A DNA stretch of 64,000 nucleotides from a virus. Positions 39,172 through 49,331 of this stretch are shown piece after piece. The position numbers and the translations under genes are program-made. How positions within the stretch are numbered: the stretch's first letter is position 1; each line of letters starts with the position of its first letter. The notes under the pieces were generated by a model. It searched no databases. It was not told where the DNA came from and saw only the letters and a list, made by a program, of their open reading frames with translations. The stretch is taken from the IMG/VR virus record IMGVR_UViG_3300009177_000031, positions 24,310-88,309 of that record. One strand, given 5' to 3'.

Positions 39172-40896
39172 ATGAAGGAGAAGGTAACAGTCGAAGTGCT
39201 GAGCAACGTGCGCTGTCGAATGACAGGCGCACCGAAGGCGTTGCTGAAGCACCTCGACGATTCGCTCGCCGAGCAACAGAAGGGCAGCGAATGGTCGCCA
39301 CGTCACCGCCGCTTCGGTGGGAAGTGGGACGGCAAGAAGCATCACTTCCATCGCTCGCCGACATTCGCAGGCGTAGGCACTTTCGCGAGGGGTTTGCTGT
39401 CGCGCGTGAAGCGTCTCAGCAAGCTGAAGGGCTACAAGGTGCGCGTGGTGGACAAGCGCAAGGGCGTGTTCCCACCGATCGACACGTCGAAGCTGAAGCC
39501 GGACATGCTCATCGGCGTGCGCATGGATGGCGAATATAGCTACCAGCTGGACGCTGTGAAAGCTGCGTTGACCGGGGAGGCAGGCGTCCTCTTCATGGCC
39601 ACGAACGCAGGCAAGACGGAGATCGCAACCGCGCTGATCAAGGTGCTGCACGAGCGTTCGGTGTTGTTCGTGGTGCCCAAAGCGATCCTGTTGAAGCAAA
39701 CGCGCGAGCGCATCGCTGAGCGCCTAGGAACGATTCCAGAGAACATCGGTGTGATTGGTGGCGGTCGCTTCGAGCCGAAGGACATCACGATCGCGATCAT
39801 CAACAGCATCACGCCTGCGCGCAAAGCGAAGTCAGCGCGCGGTAAGAAACGAAACGCGATCCTGCGCAAGTACCTCAAGACGGTGGAGTGCGTGTTCCTC
39901 GATGAAGGCCATCACGCCAAAGCGAACACGTGGTACCGCCTCATGTCCGCGTGCTCGAATGCGCAGTATCGCTACCTGATGAGCGGCACGCCGTTCAACG
40001 GCGACAACGATCTGATGGTCGAAGCAGCCGCAGGGCCGGTGCTCTGCGAGATCAGGAACGACGATCTCATCAAGCTCGGCGTGAGCGCGAAGCCACGCGT
40101 ACGGCTCATCACGATCGACGAGCCGGATCTCGAAGGTAAGGACGCGCTCGACGATGAATCGTGGGACTCGGTGATGAAAGCCGGTATCGTCGAGAACGAG
40201 CTGCGCAATCGCATCATCGCGCGTGAAGCGGTGCGCTACGCGAAGCAAGGCAAGAACGTGCTCGTGCTGATGCGCATCCTTCAGCAAGGCTCGACGATCC
40301 GGCAGTTCATCGCGGCGAAGAAGGTGCCGGTGGAGTTCGCGCACGGCAAGATGCCTGGTAGCGAGCGCGATCAAATCGTCGAGTGGTTCCAGGAGTCGAA
40401 CGGCGTCGTGCTCGTCGGCTCGAACATCTTCGATGAAGGCTTCAGCGTGAACGGCATCAACGCGCTCATCGTCGCTGACGGTGGCAAGAGCCTGCGTGCA
40501 GTGCTTCAGAAAGTGGGCCGCAGCATCCGACGGAAGAAGAAGGGTGCAAACGTGGTGGACGTGGTGGACTTCGCCGATTGCACGCATCACTGGTTGGCGA
40601 AGCATGCGCTCGAACGGTTCGACATCTACACAGGGGAAGGCTTCGATGTCGTCGAAGAAGACCCGAACGCGAAAACAGAAGAAGCAGGAGTCAGAGGAGA
40701 TGGAAGCAAGCCAGCTAAAGCCGCTCGCAAGGAAGCTGTTCAAGCACTACCACGCGAAGCTGATGGCAGAGACGTCATTCCTTGGGACGCTCGACAATTC
40801 GCACTTCGACACGCTCGACTCGCAACCGGACAAGGTGCAGACGTGCTTTCAGAAAGCGAGCATGTCATGCGCTGGCGTTGGCGCTCGGCCGCGTGA
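39172..40896 (+). CDS. SF2 DNA helicase (UvsW/SsL2-like)
   Basis: YQ, ATNAGKT, LDEGHH, SGTP, FDEG, LQKVGRSIR, VVDF.D. Confidence 0.92.
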   Translation: MKEKVTVEVLSNVRCRMTGAPKALLKHLDDSLAEQQKGSEWSPRHRRFGGKWDGKKHHFHRSPTFAGVGTFARGLLSRVKRLSKLKGYKVRVVDKRKGVFPPIDTSKLKPDMLIGVRMDGEYSYQLDAVKAALTGEAGVLFMATNAGKTEIATALIKVLHERSVLFVVPKAILLKQTRERIAERLGTIPENIGVIGGGRFEPKDITIAIINSITPARKAKSARGKKRNAILRKYLKTVECVFLDEGHHAKANTWYRLMSACSNAQYRYLMSGTPFNGDNDLMVEAAAGPVLCEIRNDDLIKLGVSAKPRVRLITIDEPDLEGKDALDDESWDSVMKAGIVENELRNRIIAREAVRYAKQGKNVLVLMRILQQGSTIRQFIAAKKVPVEFAHGKMPGSERDQIVEWFQESNGVVLVGSNIFDEGFSVNGINALIVADGGKSLRAVLQKVGRSIRRKKKGANVVDVVDFADCTHHWLAKHALERFDIYTGEGFDVVEEDPNAKTEEAGVRGDGSKPAKAARKEAVQALPREADGRDVIPWDARQFALRHARLATGQGADVLSESEHVMRWRWRSAA

Positions 40897-41242
40897 CTTC
40901 ATCGAGGCGCAGTTCGTGATGTTCGAGGAGTTCACGCGGTTCCTCGGCAAACGCATCGTGCCGCAACCGTCGCAGCTGTTCGGCTTGAACGCGCAAGCGC
41001 GATACGCGCAATGGCGATCGGAGCGAGAGCAAGAGGACTATCGCGACGAGCGCAAGGAGCGGAAGGTGGTGCGCGGAAGCTTCACGCTCGACGAGCGCAA
41101 CCTCAAGGCGCTGATGCGCTCGCTGCGTTTGCCTGAAACGGATGTGCTCGTCGAGAAGCCAGAGGAGTTCTCGATTCCGTTTCTCAAGAGCAAGGGCATC
41201 TATCAGCTCGTGCGCAGGCGTCGATCCGAGGCGATGTCGTGA
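40700..41242 (+). CDS. Hypothetical replication-module protein
   Basis: Protein-like frame overlapping the helicase tail; start 40646 or 40700. Confidence 0.6.
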   Translation: MEASQLKPLARKLFKHYHAKLMAETSFLGTLDNSHFDTLDSQPDKVQTCFQKASMSCAGVGARPRDFIEAQFVMFEEFTRFLGKRIVPQPSQLFGLNAQARYAQWRSEREQEDYRDERKERKVVRGSFTLDERNLKALMRSLRLPETDVLVEKPEEFSIPFLKSKGIYQLVRRRRSEAMS

Positions 41243-41478
41243 GCGAGCGTGCTTCGATTGAGAAGCTCGCCGAGCGTGGGACGTGGGTCGACGACTTCAA
41301 CGAGACACGGCTTCGTCAGTCTGACGGCGTGATCGTTGACTACGTCGAGATCGATCCGCGTTTGCGACCGAAGCAGAAGCGCGTGTGGCTGTTCTTCTGG
41401 AAGAACGGCGAGCACACGAAGCAGGCTTTTGACGAGCAGTGCACGCAAGATTGGAGACGGCGCTTGGCAAATGGCTAG
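41239..41478 (+). CDS. Hypothetical protein
   Basis: GTGA overlap, 79 aa. Confidence 0.6.
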   Translation: MSERASIEKLAERGTWVDDFNETRLRQSDGVIVDYVEIDPRLRPKQKRVWLFFWKNGEHTKQAFDEQCTQDWRRRLANG

Positions 41479-41665
41479 CTGGCGCTTTGTACAGCCTGGA
41501 CGAAACCAGGTTGCGGTGGTGATGCACGACACTGCGAACGAGGGTCGCATTTGGCTCGTGCCGTTGGACATCGTTTACCTCGATCATGAAGGTTTTCACG
41601 TGCGACTTCATCAGAAGCCAATGAGCCTGTTCATGCGCTGGCATTGGCGCAGGTGCGTGCGATGA
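41471..41665 (+). CDS. Hypothetical protein
   Basis: Fills the gap; ATGA overlap with the next gene. Confidence 0.45.
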   Translation: MASWRFVQPGRNQVAVVMHDTANEGRIWLVPLDIVYLDHEGFHVRLHQKPMSLFMRWHWRRCVR

Positions 41666-43098
41666 AGACGCGCGAGCGCAAAGAGCGCACGAAGCTGACG
41701 TACGACCACAGCTTCCAAGAACGCATCGTCCGCACGCTCTACCAGGATCCTGATTGGTGCATGCAGTTCGGCGTGTTCCATCTGACGCCGCAGCTGTTCG
41801 AGAACAACGTGCATTCGTGGTTCGTCGATCGCATCGTCGGCTACGCGAAGAAGTACGCGAGCGGTATCACGCGCGCTGCGCTGAAGATCGAAGCGAAGCA
41901 CGCCTACAATTCTGGTCGCCTGATCCGTCGACGCGACAAAGCGGTGGTGAACGCGCTCGTCGCGAAGATGCGCAAGCCAGTCACCGATCGCAGCTACATC
42001 AAGCGAGAGCTGTACCGGTTCGTCAAGACGCAGACGTTGAAGGACGTCATGCTGAACGACGCGACCGAGTTGGTGAAGAACAACGACGTCGACAAGTACG
42101 ACATCGCAATGCAGCGCGTGCTCGACATCCAGCCCCCGAGCGAGGGTGGGGTGGGGCACTTCATGGGCGACGATCGCAACGAGCGCTTCAAGCGACGTCG
42201 CGATTGGGTGCCTGACGGCATTGCGACAGGGCTCGAAGTCGACGGCTACATCAAAGCCGGTGGGCCACGTCGCAAGCAGCTCGCTGCGGTGGTTGCACCG
42301 CCGCACACCGGCAAGACGATGATGCTCTGCCACCTGGCGAAGCAAGCGGTGTTGCTGTCGCACAAACGCGTGCTATTTGTTTCGCTCGAAGAGAACGACG
42401 AGACGATCGAAGACCGTTTGGACTCCGCGTTCACCGGCATCAACATCAACGAGCTGGAGTCGCGCAAGAACTGTCGGAAGGTGCGCCGCTACTGGCGCAA
42501 GCTGCGCAAACGCTTTGGCCAAGAGATGTTGGTGGTCAAAGAGTTTCCGATGGGCGTCACGAAGGTGTCGCAGATCGAGCGGCACATCAAGATGCTCGAA
42601 CGGAAGGGCTTCTACCCGGACGTCGTGTTCATCGACTACGCTGGCTTGCTGCTACCTGACGGTGAGACCGCTGATGGTCGCTCGCGATCTGACGACAGCC
42701 GTTACGAGGAAGTCGGAAGCATCTACGTCGAGCTGCGCTCGATGGCGCAGCGGCTGAAGCTTCTCGTGTGGACGGCGCACCAAGGCAACCGTTCGTCGAT
42801 GGGCAAGAAGCTCGTGACGATGAAAGATCTCGCCGAGTCGTTCAAGCCAGCGATGCACTCGGACCTGTTGCTCGCGATCTGCCAGACGGAACAGGAACAG
42901 CTTCGCGAGAAAGCGCGCATCTACTCGATGAAGGTTCGTGGTGGTCGCGCGCACATGGAGTTCAACGTGAAGCTTGACTACGAATTGGTGAGGTGTATCA
43001 ACAGAGATTCCGGCCATGAACCACACCGAAGACCGAAGCTCAGATCCAAAGCTGTGGATGCACGACGATCATCGCGAGAGAGCCGAGCGGCTGCTTAG
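41662..43098 (+). CDS. DnaB/T4 gp41-like replicative helicase
   Basis: APPHTGKT Walker A, FVSLEE, VFIDY, WTAHQ.NR, K.R.G. Confidence 0.92.
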   Translation: MKTRERKERTKLTYDHSFQERIVRTLYQDPDWCMQFGVFHLTPQLFENNVHSWFVDRIVGYAKKYASGITRAALKIEAKHAYNSGRLIRRRDKAVVNALVAKMRKPVTDRSYIKRELYRFVKTQTLKDVMLNDATELVKNNDVDKYDIAMQRVLDIQPPSEGGVGHFMGDDRNERFKRRRDWVPDGIATGLEVDGYIKAGGPRRKQLAAVVAPPHTGKTMMLCHLAKQAVLLSHKRVLFVSLEENDETIEDRLDSAFTGININELESRKNCRKVRRYWRKLRKRFGQEMLVVKEFPMGVTKVSQIERHIKMLERKGFYPDVVFIDYAGLLLPDGETADGRSRSDDSRYEEVGSIYVELRSMAQRLKLLVWTAHQGNRSSMGKKLVTMKDLAESFKPAMHSDLLLAICQTEQEQLREKARIYSMKVRGGRAHMEFNVKLDYELVRCINRDSGHEPHRRPKLRSKAVDARRSSRESRAAA

Positions 43099-43282
43099 CG
43101 AGGGGAAGCCATTGTCGATTCACTTCAACGGCGAGATGTACGTGCACGGTTCGTTTGTGCACGTTCCGCTTTGGGTTGGTGACACGCTCACGTGGGCGAC
43201 GCTACCGAACTGCGGCACGCCTGGCTTCGGTGCACACGAGGAAGCGACGCAAGTGTGGCGTCGCAGGATGCTCGTGTCGTGA
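43016..43282 (+). CDS. Hypothetical protein
   Basis: 88 aa ORF, GTGA coupling downstream. Confidence 0.5.
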   Translation: MNHTEDRSSDPKLWMHDDHRERAERLLSEGKPLSIHFNGEMYVHGSFVHVPLWVGDTLTWATLPNCGTPGFGAHEEATQVWRRRMLVS

Positions 43283-43491
43283 GCCTCAAGTCGATTTGGC
43301 AACGTCGCGCGTACGAGCGCGGCTTCGTGATCAAGACGGACCACGGCGACATCCGCGTTGTTGCGGACCCGACGATGGCGACTGACACGATCAAGTGGAC
43401 GCAGGTCATGTACGGAACGCCGTTGCGGTACGTGCCAGGACCGAAGCGTTCGATCATCTTCGTGGACGTCGACAAGGTGGAAGTCGTATGA
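43279..43491 (+). CDS. Hypothetical protein
   Basis: GTGA/ATGA coupled on both sides. Confidence 0.55.
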   Translation: MSLKSIWQRRAYERGFVIKTDHGDIRVVADPTMATDTIKWTQVMYGTPLRYVPGPKRSIIFVDVDKVEVV

Positions 43492-44153
43492 GCGTCAAGG
43501 GCGTTTGGAACAAACGAGTCGAAGCAATCGTCGATGCGAAACGTCGCGCTGATGAGGAAGCGAAGCGCTTCACGCGTACGTGCTTTCCGTTGCGACGCAA
43601 CAAGGCACCGGTCAGTCTCATCGACGTGCCGCCTGAACCGTCGCCGTGGGAAGGCGTAGATCGATCGTCGATCCAAACGATCGACGGACGCGAGTACACC
43701 GTCATCAGTCGCCGCACGATGTTTGGTGACTACAAAGAGGTGGAGCGCAGGCTCACGGAAGTGGTGGTAGCGCCGATCTCGTTCAGGTCGCTGAAACCGA
43801 TGGCGCCGATGGTGATGGGGCCACGCGGCTTGCCTCCGCTTCCGCCGTACCACTACGTCAAGTTCACGTCGAAGTCAGCTGTTGAAGAAGCGGCTACCGA
43901 GATGGTGGAGCGGATCAACAAGCTGTACGCAGAGTACGCACCGAAGCCAAAACCGAAGCTGTACCCATACCAGGAAAAACTCGTCAGCGAGTTCTTTGCA
44001 AAGGAGAAGAAAGAAAATGACATCACACGCACAAACGAAGGACTCGTTAACCGAGGAGACCAAGCGCGAGACGGCGCAGTGGGCACCCGTCGACGCGTAC
44101 ATCAAGCAGACGCTCGAAAGCTGGGAAGGAAAGGGCGCGTACACGGCCGATGA
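43488..44153 (+). CDS. Hypothetical protein
   Basis: ATGA overlap; 3' end overlaps the next ORF. Confidence 0.55.
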   Translation: MSVKGVWNKRVEAIVDAKRRADEEAKRFTRTCFPLRRNKAPVSLIDVPPEPSPWEGVDRSSIQTIDGREYTVISRRTMFGDYKEVERRLTEVVVAPISFRSLKPMAPMVMGPRGLPPLPPYHYVKFTSKSAVEEAATEMVERINKLYAEYAPKPKPKLYPYQEKLVSEFFAKEKKENDITRTNEGLVNRGDQARDGAVGTRRRVHQADARKLGRKGRVHGR

Positions 44154-44733
44154 GGTGAAGACGTTCCTTGCTGGCAACCTTCACGCACTCGCAGCGTGGA
44201 TGTTCGAGCGTGAGGAGCGCGAAGAGTCGCGCGCAATGGAGGACATGCGGATCGAGCTGGCTGGAAAGAAGAAGGCGCTCGAAGCTGCGTACACGACGCT
44301 GAAGGATGCAGGCAAGGACACCGCCGATTACGGCTTGCTGCAAACGTACGTGCGCGAGGTGTCGCAATTCCATCGACAGTTCCTGATTCCGCTTGTCGGT
44401 GTCGTGACGCAGATCTTGGAGCAAGCGGACAAGATCGCCGATGAGGACGGCAAGGCGAAGCTCGCGCAGGTGATCAAGTTCGTGAAGGCGATCGAAGATC
44501 GCTCGAAGCACTACGAGAGCCAAGCGCTCGTAGAGAAGGCACGCAAGCAAGCTGAGGACGAGCTGAAGAGGATGACGGTGAAGACCGGTTTGAGCGGCGA
44601 GACCGGTGCGGTGAAGGTGAACATGACGACTGGCGAGCTTGCAGCTGGAACGCACGCGAGCCATTGCGCGAAGGCGCACGATCACTCGAAGCGCTGCGAC
44701 TGTCATCTCGCCAGCAACTATCCGCCGCCATGA
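44017..44733 (+). CDS. Coiled-coil hypothetical protein with C-terminal Cys/His cluster
   Basis: H..HC...H.H...C.CH C-terminus; ATGA coupling to primase. Confidence 0.65.
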   Translation: MTSHAQTKDSLTEETKRETAQWAPVDAYIKQTLESWEGKGAYTADEVKTFLAGNLHALAAWMFEREEREESRAMEDMRIELAGKKKALEAAYTTLKDAGKDTADYGLLQTYVREVSQFHRQFLIPLVGVVTQILEQADKIADEDGKAKLAQVIKFVKAIEDRSKHYESQALVEKARKQAEDELKRMTVKTGLSGETGAVKVNMTTGELAAGTHASHCAKAHDHSKRCDCHLASNYPPP

Positions 44734-45851
44734 ACCTCAACCTCCGCCGTCTTGAGAAGCGGTTCGATTTGCAAACGTACATCGAACAGTACGACTTCAA
44801 GATGGTCGGGGAGAACGCGGTGATGCACTGTCCGCAGTGCGAGCGCGACGACAAGCTGTACGTGCTGATGCAGGACAAGCGCGACGAGCGCGGAGAGACG
44901 AAGCCTCGCGGCACGTGGATCTGTTACTACTGCAACGATCAGGAAGAAGGTGGGGGCGCAGGGCGCACGTGTTTGTCGCTGATCGAATGGCTCGAAGACG
45001 TCGAATGGCTCGATGCGGTTCGACGACTCGCCGAAGGCGGCACCTCAGCTGACGCGGACTTCATCGGCGCGATGGAGAAGACGCTCGCCGAGCTGGATGA
45101 CGACGAAGACAAGGACGAGGCGCCAGTGCCGACGATCCAATTGCCGCGCGAGTTCATCCGCATCGACGAGCGTCGCTACCCGCCCTACGTCGCCGAGCGT
45201 GGCATCAGCGTCGATCGAGCGATGCGCTTTCGTTTGGGCTACTGCAAGAGCGGCTACTACGAGAACAGGCTCATCGCGCCGGTCTACTTCGAGCAACGCC
45301 TGGTTGGCTTTCAAGCGCGCTACATGAAGAAGAAGCCACCGGTGTGCACGGCGCACGAGCTACCGTGCTCGATCTGCGGTGGCGATGACGAGCACAAGCG
45401 GCTGAAGAAGACGAAGCACGCGAAGGGCGCGAAGATGTCGCGCGTGCTCTACAACTACGATGAGGCACGCGAAGCGAATCGGCTCGTGCTCGTGGAGTCA
45501 CCGTGGGCGGTGATCAAGCTTGGGCGATGCGCAGCTGGAACGTTCGGCAAGAACCTCAGCGCGTCTCAGCTAGAGCTGGTGATGAAGTCGGACGCGAAGG
45601 AAGTCGTCATCATTTGGGACCGCGATGCGGACCATGCGCCAGGGAAAGGCGGCTACGACAAGAGCGTGGCGCTCGCTGAGCGGCTAGCTCAGTTCGTTCG
45701 CGTGCGAGCTGTGAAGCTCGGTGCGAAGGTCGACATCGATGATCTCAGCACGCGTGAGATCGGCGAGCTGATCGCGCGAACCAAGGCGCTCGATGTAAAC
45801 GCTGCGTGGGCTGAGAAGGTCGCGCGCCGCGTTGGCTGGATCGAAGACTGA
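44730..45851 (+). CDS. DNA primase (DnaG-like, Zn finger + TOPRIM)
   Basis: CPQC...CYYC, ERGIS, RLIAP...GFQAR, LYNYD, LVES, WDRD. Confidence 0.9.
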   Translation: MNLNLRRLEKRFDLQTYIEQYDFKMVGENAVMHCPQCERDDKLYVLMQDKRDERGETKPRGTWICYYCNDQEEGGGAGRTCLSLIEWLEDVEWLDAVRRLAEGGTSADADFIGAMEKTLAELDDDEDKDEAPVPTIQLPREFIRIDERRYPPYVAERGISVDRAMRFRLGYCKSGYYENRLIAPVYFEQRLVGFQARYMKKKPPVCTAHELPCSICGGDDEHKRLKKTKHAKGAKMSRVLYNYDEAREANRLVLVESPWAVIKLGRCAAGTFGKNLSASQLELVMKSDAKEVVIIWDRDADHAPGKGGYDKSVALAERLAQFVRVRAVKLGAKVDIDDLSTREIGELIARTKALDVNAAWAEKVARRVGWIED

Positions 45852-45891
45852 AACGGCCGATTTCCAGCAAACGGCCGAGACAGTTGCGCCC

Positions 45892-45928
45892 AAGTTCCTG
45901 TTTCCACAGGGAAACTTTTTTCTTTTTT
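45892..45928 (+). terminator. Intrinsic terminator ending the replication operon
   Basis: TTCCTGT-TTCC-ACAGGGAA hairpin followed by CTTTTTTCTTTTTT; preceded by AAACGGCCGA x2. Confidence 0.65.
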
Positions 45929-45997
45929 CCTGGGATTCTGAAGCCGTATAGGGGACAGAACGCGATAAAACGGCAACCAAAACAAGGGATGGTTCAG

Positions 45998-46519
45998 ATG
46001 GTGAAGAAGACGAAGCGTGGGAAGCATACGCCGCAGCGCGAGCAAGCGGCGAACGAACAGAACGCAGCACGTCAGATCGAAGCGACGGTCGAACGTACGG
46101 AGCACTTCAACATGCTCCAAAAGAAGTTCGGACCGAAGGGTCCCAAGGTTGAGCCTGCACGCTTCAGCAAGGCAGGCGAACCGACCAAGCGCACGGTGGC
46201 GGAAGCGATCGAGCGGCTGCGCACCGAGCTGCAAATCGTGTACGGCAGCGATTACACGTTCGTCGTGATGGATGCGAACCAGCGAGTCATCGCGTCGCAT
46301 CGCAGCGGACTCAACCACGACACGTTCATCGCGTGCACGAACGACACGCTCGAACAGGCGAAGATCACGGACGCGATCGTGGACGAAATCATCGCGGAAG
46401 ACGACGAGACGCCACCCTGCGGCGCGTGCGGTGGCGAGCTGACGTCGCTCGGTACGCTCGGCAATCGCAAACACTATCGTTGCCGCAACTGCGGCGCTGA
46501 CCAATCCAAGGAGGGCTAG
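45998..46519 (+). CDS. Hypothetical protein with C-terminal Zn ribbon
   Basis: CGAC...LG.LG....RCRNCG. Confidence 0.65.
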   Translation: MVKKTKRGKHTPQREQAANEQNAARQIEATVERTEHFNMLQKKFGPKGPKVEPARFSKAGEPTKRTVAEAIERLRTELQIVYGSDYTFVVMDANQRVIASHRSGLNHDTFIACTNDTLEQAKITDAIVDEIIAEDDETPPCGACGGELTSLGTLGNRKHYRCRNCGADQSKEG

Positions 46520-46523
46520 GACC

Positions 46524-46721
46524 ATGGCGTACAAAATCATCCGTCACTTCTTCAACAGCAACCGCAAGGTCACGATCAAGACTGGCATCACGCTCGAAGA
46601 GGCGCAGGCCCATTGCAACGACCCGGAGACGTCGTCGTCGACGTGCACCAAGTCCGCAGGCAAGCGCCGCACGAAGCTGTACGGCAAGTGGTTCGACGGC
46701 TACACGGAGTGCAAGCGATGA
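46524..46721 (+). CDS. Small phage hypothetical protein
   Basis: YKI.R.F...I.TG.TLEEAQAHC.DPETSS...WFDGY. Confidence 0.7.
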   Translation: MAYKIIRHFFNSNRKVTIKTGITLEEAQAHCNDPETSSSTCTKSAGKRRTKLYGKWFDGYTECKR

Positions 46722-47143
46722 GCAACCTCAGCATCAGCATCGATCCTCGTCTCTGTCTGTCCTGCAACCAAACGCGCACGCAGGGCGACTTCATCAACGA
46801 CCGCGGCGCACCGATGGCTCACTGCATCTACTGCGAGAGCAAGCTAGGCATGCGGATCCGCATGTGGCAGGTGCAGATGCAGGTCATCACGACGCGCGAT
46901 GGTTGGACGTCCTCGCGTGGCACGCCGACGTTCTTCATCCTCGCGATGAATGCTGACCACGCGTGGGCGCAGGGCAAGAACGTCACCCTCGCTGCGGACT
47001 ACAACAGCGCTACGACGAAGGTGAAGCTGAGCGGCACGGTCGCAATCGCGAAGCCTGTCGCAAACGGCGAGTTCGGCGCGCTGTACGATCTCGTCGACGT
47101 CGATGGTGAAGGCTACAAATCGTTCGTGGAGGACATCGTATGA
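46718..47143 (+). CDS. Hypothetical protein with CxxC pairs
   Basis: CLSC...CIYC; ATGA coupling. Confidence 0.6.
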   Translation: MSNLSISIDPRLCLSCNQTRTQGDFINDRGAPMAHCIYCESKLGMRIRMWQVQMQVITTRDGWTSSRGTPTFFILAMNADHAWAQGKNVTLAADYNSATTKVKLSGTVAIAKPVANGEFGALYDLVDVDGEGYKSFVEDIV

Positions 47144-47340
47144 CGCCTATCGAGCCAAATGCGATGTCGCACTTCGCGGCGATTCAGGAAGTGCTGAAGC
47201 TCCACGGTAAGGAGTTCGTGCTGCGAGACTTCAAGCCGAACGAGCTACGCATCATGATCGAACGTTTGGCGAAGCGATCGATCCCTGACGTCGTAAACGA
47301 CGTTCTCAACAATCGCGCTTTAGCTTCTGAAAGGAGGTGA
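47140..47340 (+). CDS. Hypothetical protein
   Basis: GGAGG RBS, ATGA overlap. Confidence 0.55.
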   Translation: MTPIEPNAMSHFAAIQEVLKLHGKEFVLRDFKPNELRIMIERLAKRSIPDVVNDVLNNRALASERR

Positions 47341-47343
47341 AAC

Positions 47344-47586
47344 ATGGAAGACGAAGACATCGACCTAGCGGTGGCGTACCAAGAGGCGGTTGCGAAAGGC
47401 AACGAGCTGCGACGCACGCTGAACGCTGTGCTTCGGAATCGCAAACGCGTTCCGCCGCACAAGATGTACAAGTTCGAGGCGCTGGTCGCGAAGATTCGCG
47501 GCAAGATCGAGTACCACAGCGAGCTGATCGCGCAGCTGGAAGCGAGCATCATCGCCGAAGGTGGCGAGGTGGTTCCGCGAGCGTGA
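47344..47586 (+). CDS. Hypothetical protein
   Basis: AGGAGGT RBS. Confidence 0.65.
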   Translation: MEDEDIDLAVAYQEAVAKGNELRRTLNAVLRNRKRVPPHKMYKFEALVAKIRGKIEYHSELIAQLEASIIAEGGEVVPRA

Positions 47587-47594
47587 GGGCTAAA

Positions 47595-47882
47595 ATGAAC
47601 CTTCCATTCCACGGCAAACGCAAATGGACGAACCTGACGCCTGCACAGCAACGTGCGTTTGTGCGTGCGTTCAACGCTGGCAATGAATCATGTAGCGTCA
47701 TCCCTCGCAAGGGCTCGCATGACGAGCGCATGCTAGCAGGGCGCATCGGTTACAAGCTCAAGAGCAGAGAAGGCACGCTCTACGCGGTGATTCCGTTCTC
47801 GGTCTTTGCGAGGAACGGTAACAAATGCGTCTCGCATCCGCTGAGCTACACCACCACCGTTTACATTTCACCGTTTCGCTGA
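47595..47882 (+). CDS. Hypothetical protein
   Basis: GAGG RBS, 95 aa. Confidence 0.5.
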   Translation: MNLPFHGKRKWTNLTPAQQRAFVRAFNAGNESCSVIPRKGSHDERMLAGRIGYKLKSREGTLYAVIPFSVFARNGNKCVSHPLSYTTTVYISPFR

Positions 47883-47930
47883 AACGTAGCTAGATGGTGC
47901 CGAGCAATCGGCGCTATCAGGGTGCGCTTC
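47881..47930 (+). promoter_or_regulatory. Conserved long RNA hairpin, copy 1 (RNase III-site-like)
   Basis: 23-position stem with 3 mismatches, 4 G:U pairs and a GCAA loop; homologous to 49772-49828. Confidence 0.7.
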
Positions 47931-47966
47931 GCATCGACAACCAAATAGGGACAGAGGAGAAAGACC

Positions 47967-49331
47967 ATGTCGAAATTCGAGCTGAGCATCAACGTGAAGT
48001 ACCTCCCGGAGTGGGGCGTGTGGGAAGGCATCCGCGAGCTGATCCAGAACGGCAAGGATGCCGAGGTGGAGCACAACGCACCGCTGACCGTCGACTGGAA
48101 GAACGGCACGCTGCGCATCGAGAACGAAGGCGCGTTGCTGACGCGCGAAGCGCTCCTGTTCGGCACGACGAGCAAGGGCGGTCGCGCTGACCTGATCGGC
48201 AAGTTCGGCGAGGGTCTGAAGCTCGGCGTGCTCGCGCTGGTTCGCGCAGGACGCTCGGTGACGATCCGCAGCGGTGGCGAGGTGTGGGAGCCGACGATCG
48301 CTCGCAGCGAGAAGTACGACGCCGACGTGCTCGTGTTCGACATCAAGACTGGACGCGAAGAGAAGAAGCGCGTGCGCGTCGAGATCGACGGCGTGATCGA
48401 GAGCGAGTGGCTGGACTTCCGCAACCGCTTCCTGTTCCTCAAGGACAAGCGCGAGAGCAACAGGAAGCACATCGTGTCGACGTGGTACGGCGATCTGCTT
48501 CTCCACGAGCGCAACGCCGGCAAGCTGTACTGCAAAGGCATCTACGTTTGCGATGCGAACACGCGGTTCGGCTACAACTTCAAGGATGCCGAGCTGGATC
48601 GCGATCGGAAGATGATCGCGGACTACGACCGCCGCGCGAAGATGGGCTACATCCTCAACGAAGCGGCGAACATCGAGCCGACGAAGGTGCTCGATTCGTA
48701 CATCAGCATTGTGGAGTCGCCTGACAGCGAGGAAGGGAAGGGCATCAACGAGTACCGCCTCCCGGCGCCCAAGATCACCGCTGCGATCGTGAAGCGTTTC
48801 AAGGAGAAGCATGGCGACAACGCTGTGCCGGTCCGCTCGCTCGCCGAGTCGCAGGACGTCGAGCACTTCGGTGTGCGCGGCGTCGTCGTCTCCGAGGCGC
48901 TCGCTGCGATTCTGAAGAAGGATCTCGGCAACGCGGAGACCACCAAGAGCAAGTTCGCCAACTCGACGTTGCGCGAGTTCAGCTACGGCGATCTGACGCA
49001 CGACGAGAAGGCGGCGCTGTTCAACGCAATCGACAAGGTGAGCTGCGGAAACGCATCGCTCCTTGATGGCTCGAACGCGTACGACACGAAGCTGCGCAAG
49101 CGCATCGCAATCGTCGAGTTCCGCGATGCGAACCTCAACGGCCTCCACCACGGTGAGCGCATCGAGATCGCGCGCAAGATGCTCGCTGACGAGTTCGAGA
49201 CGCTTCGCGTGCTCGTGCACGAGCTGGCGCACGACGCTGGTAGCGATGGCGACAAGAGCCACGTAGCGCAAATCGAACGCACGTGGGCGAACATCGCTCG
49301 CTACCTCAGCGGCAAGGCGGTGCGCTCGTGA
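47967..49331 (+). CDS. GHKL (Hsp90/MORC/sacsin-type) ATPase fused to HExxH zincin-like domain
   Basis: IRELIQNGKDA (N box), NEG, IGKFGEGLK (G2 box), C-terminal LVHELAH. Confidence 0.8.
   Translation: MSKFELSINVKYLPEWGVWEGIRELIQNGKDAEVEHNAPLTVDWKNGTLRIENEGALLTREALLFGTTSKGGRADLIGKFGEGLKLGVLALVRAGRSVTIRSGGEVWEPTIARSEKYDADVLVFDIKTGREEKKRVRVEIDGVIESEWLDFRNRFLFLKDKRESNRKHIVSTWYGDLLLHERNAGKLYCKGIYVCDANTRFGYNFKDAELDRDRKMIADYDRRAKMGYILNEAANIEPTKVLDSYISIVESPDSEEGKGINEYRLPAPKITAAIVKRFKEKHGDNAVPVRSLAESQDVEHFGVRGVVVSEALAAILKKDLGNAETTKSKFANSTLREFSYGDLTHDEKAALFNAIDKVSCGNASLLDGSNAYDTKLRKRIAIVEFRDANLNGLHHGERIEIARKMLADEFETLRVLVHELAHDAGSDGDKSHVAQIERTWANIARYLSGKAVRS

Noticed and set aside
43959-43985. KLYPYQEKLV resembling a helicase Q motif
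   Set aside because: No Walker motifs follow; at most a remnant
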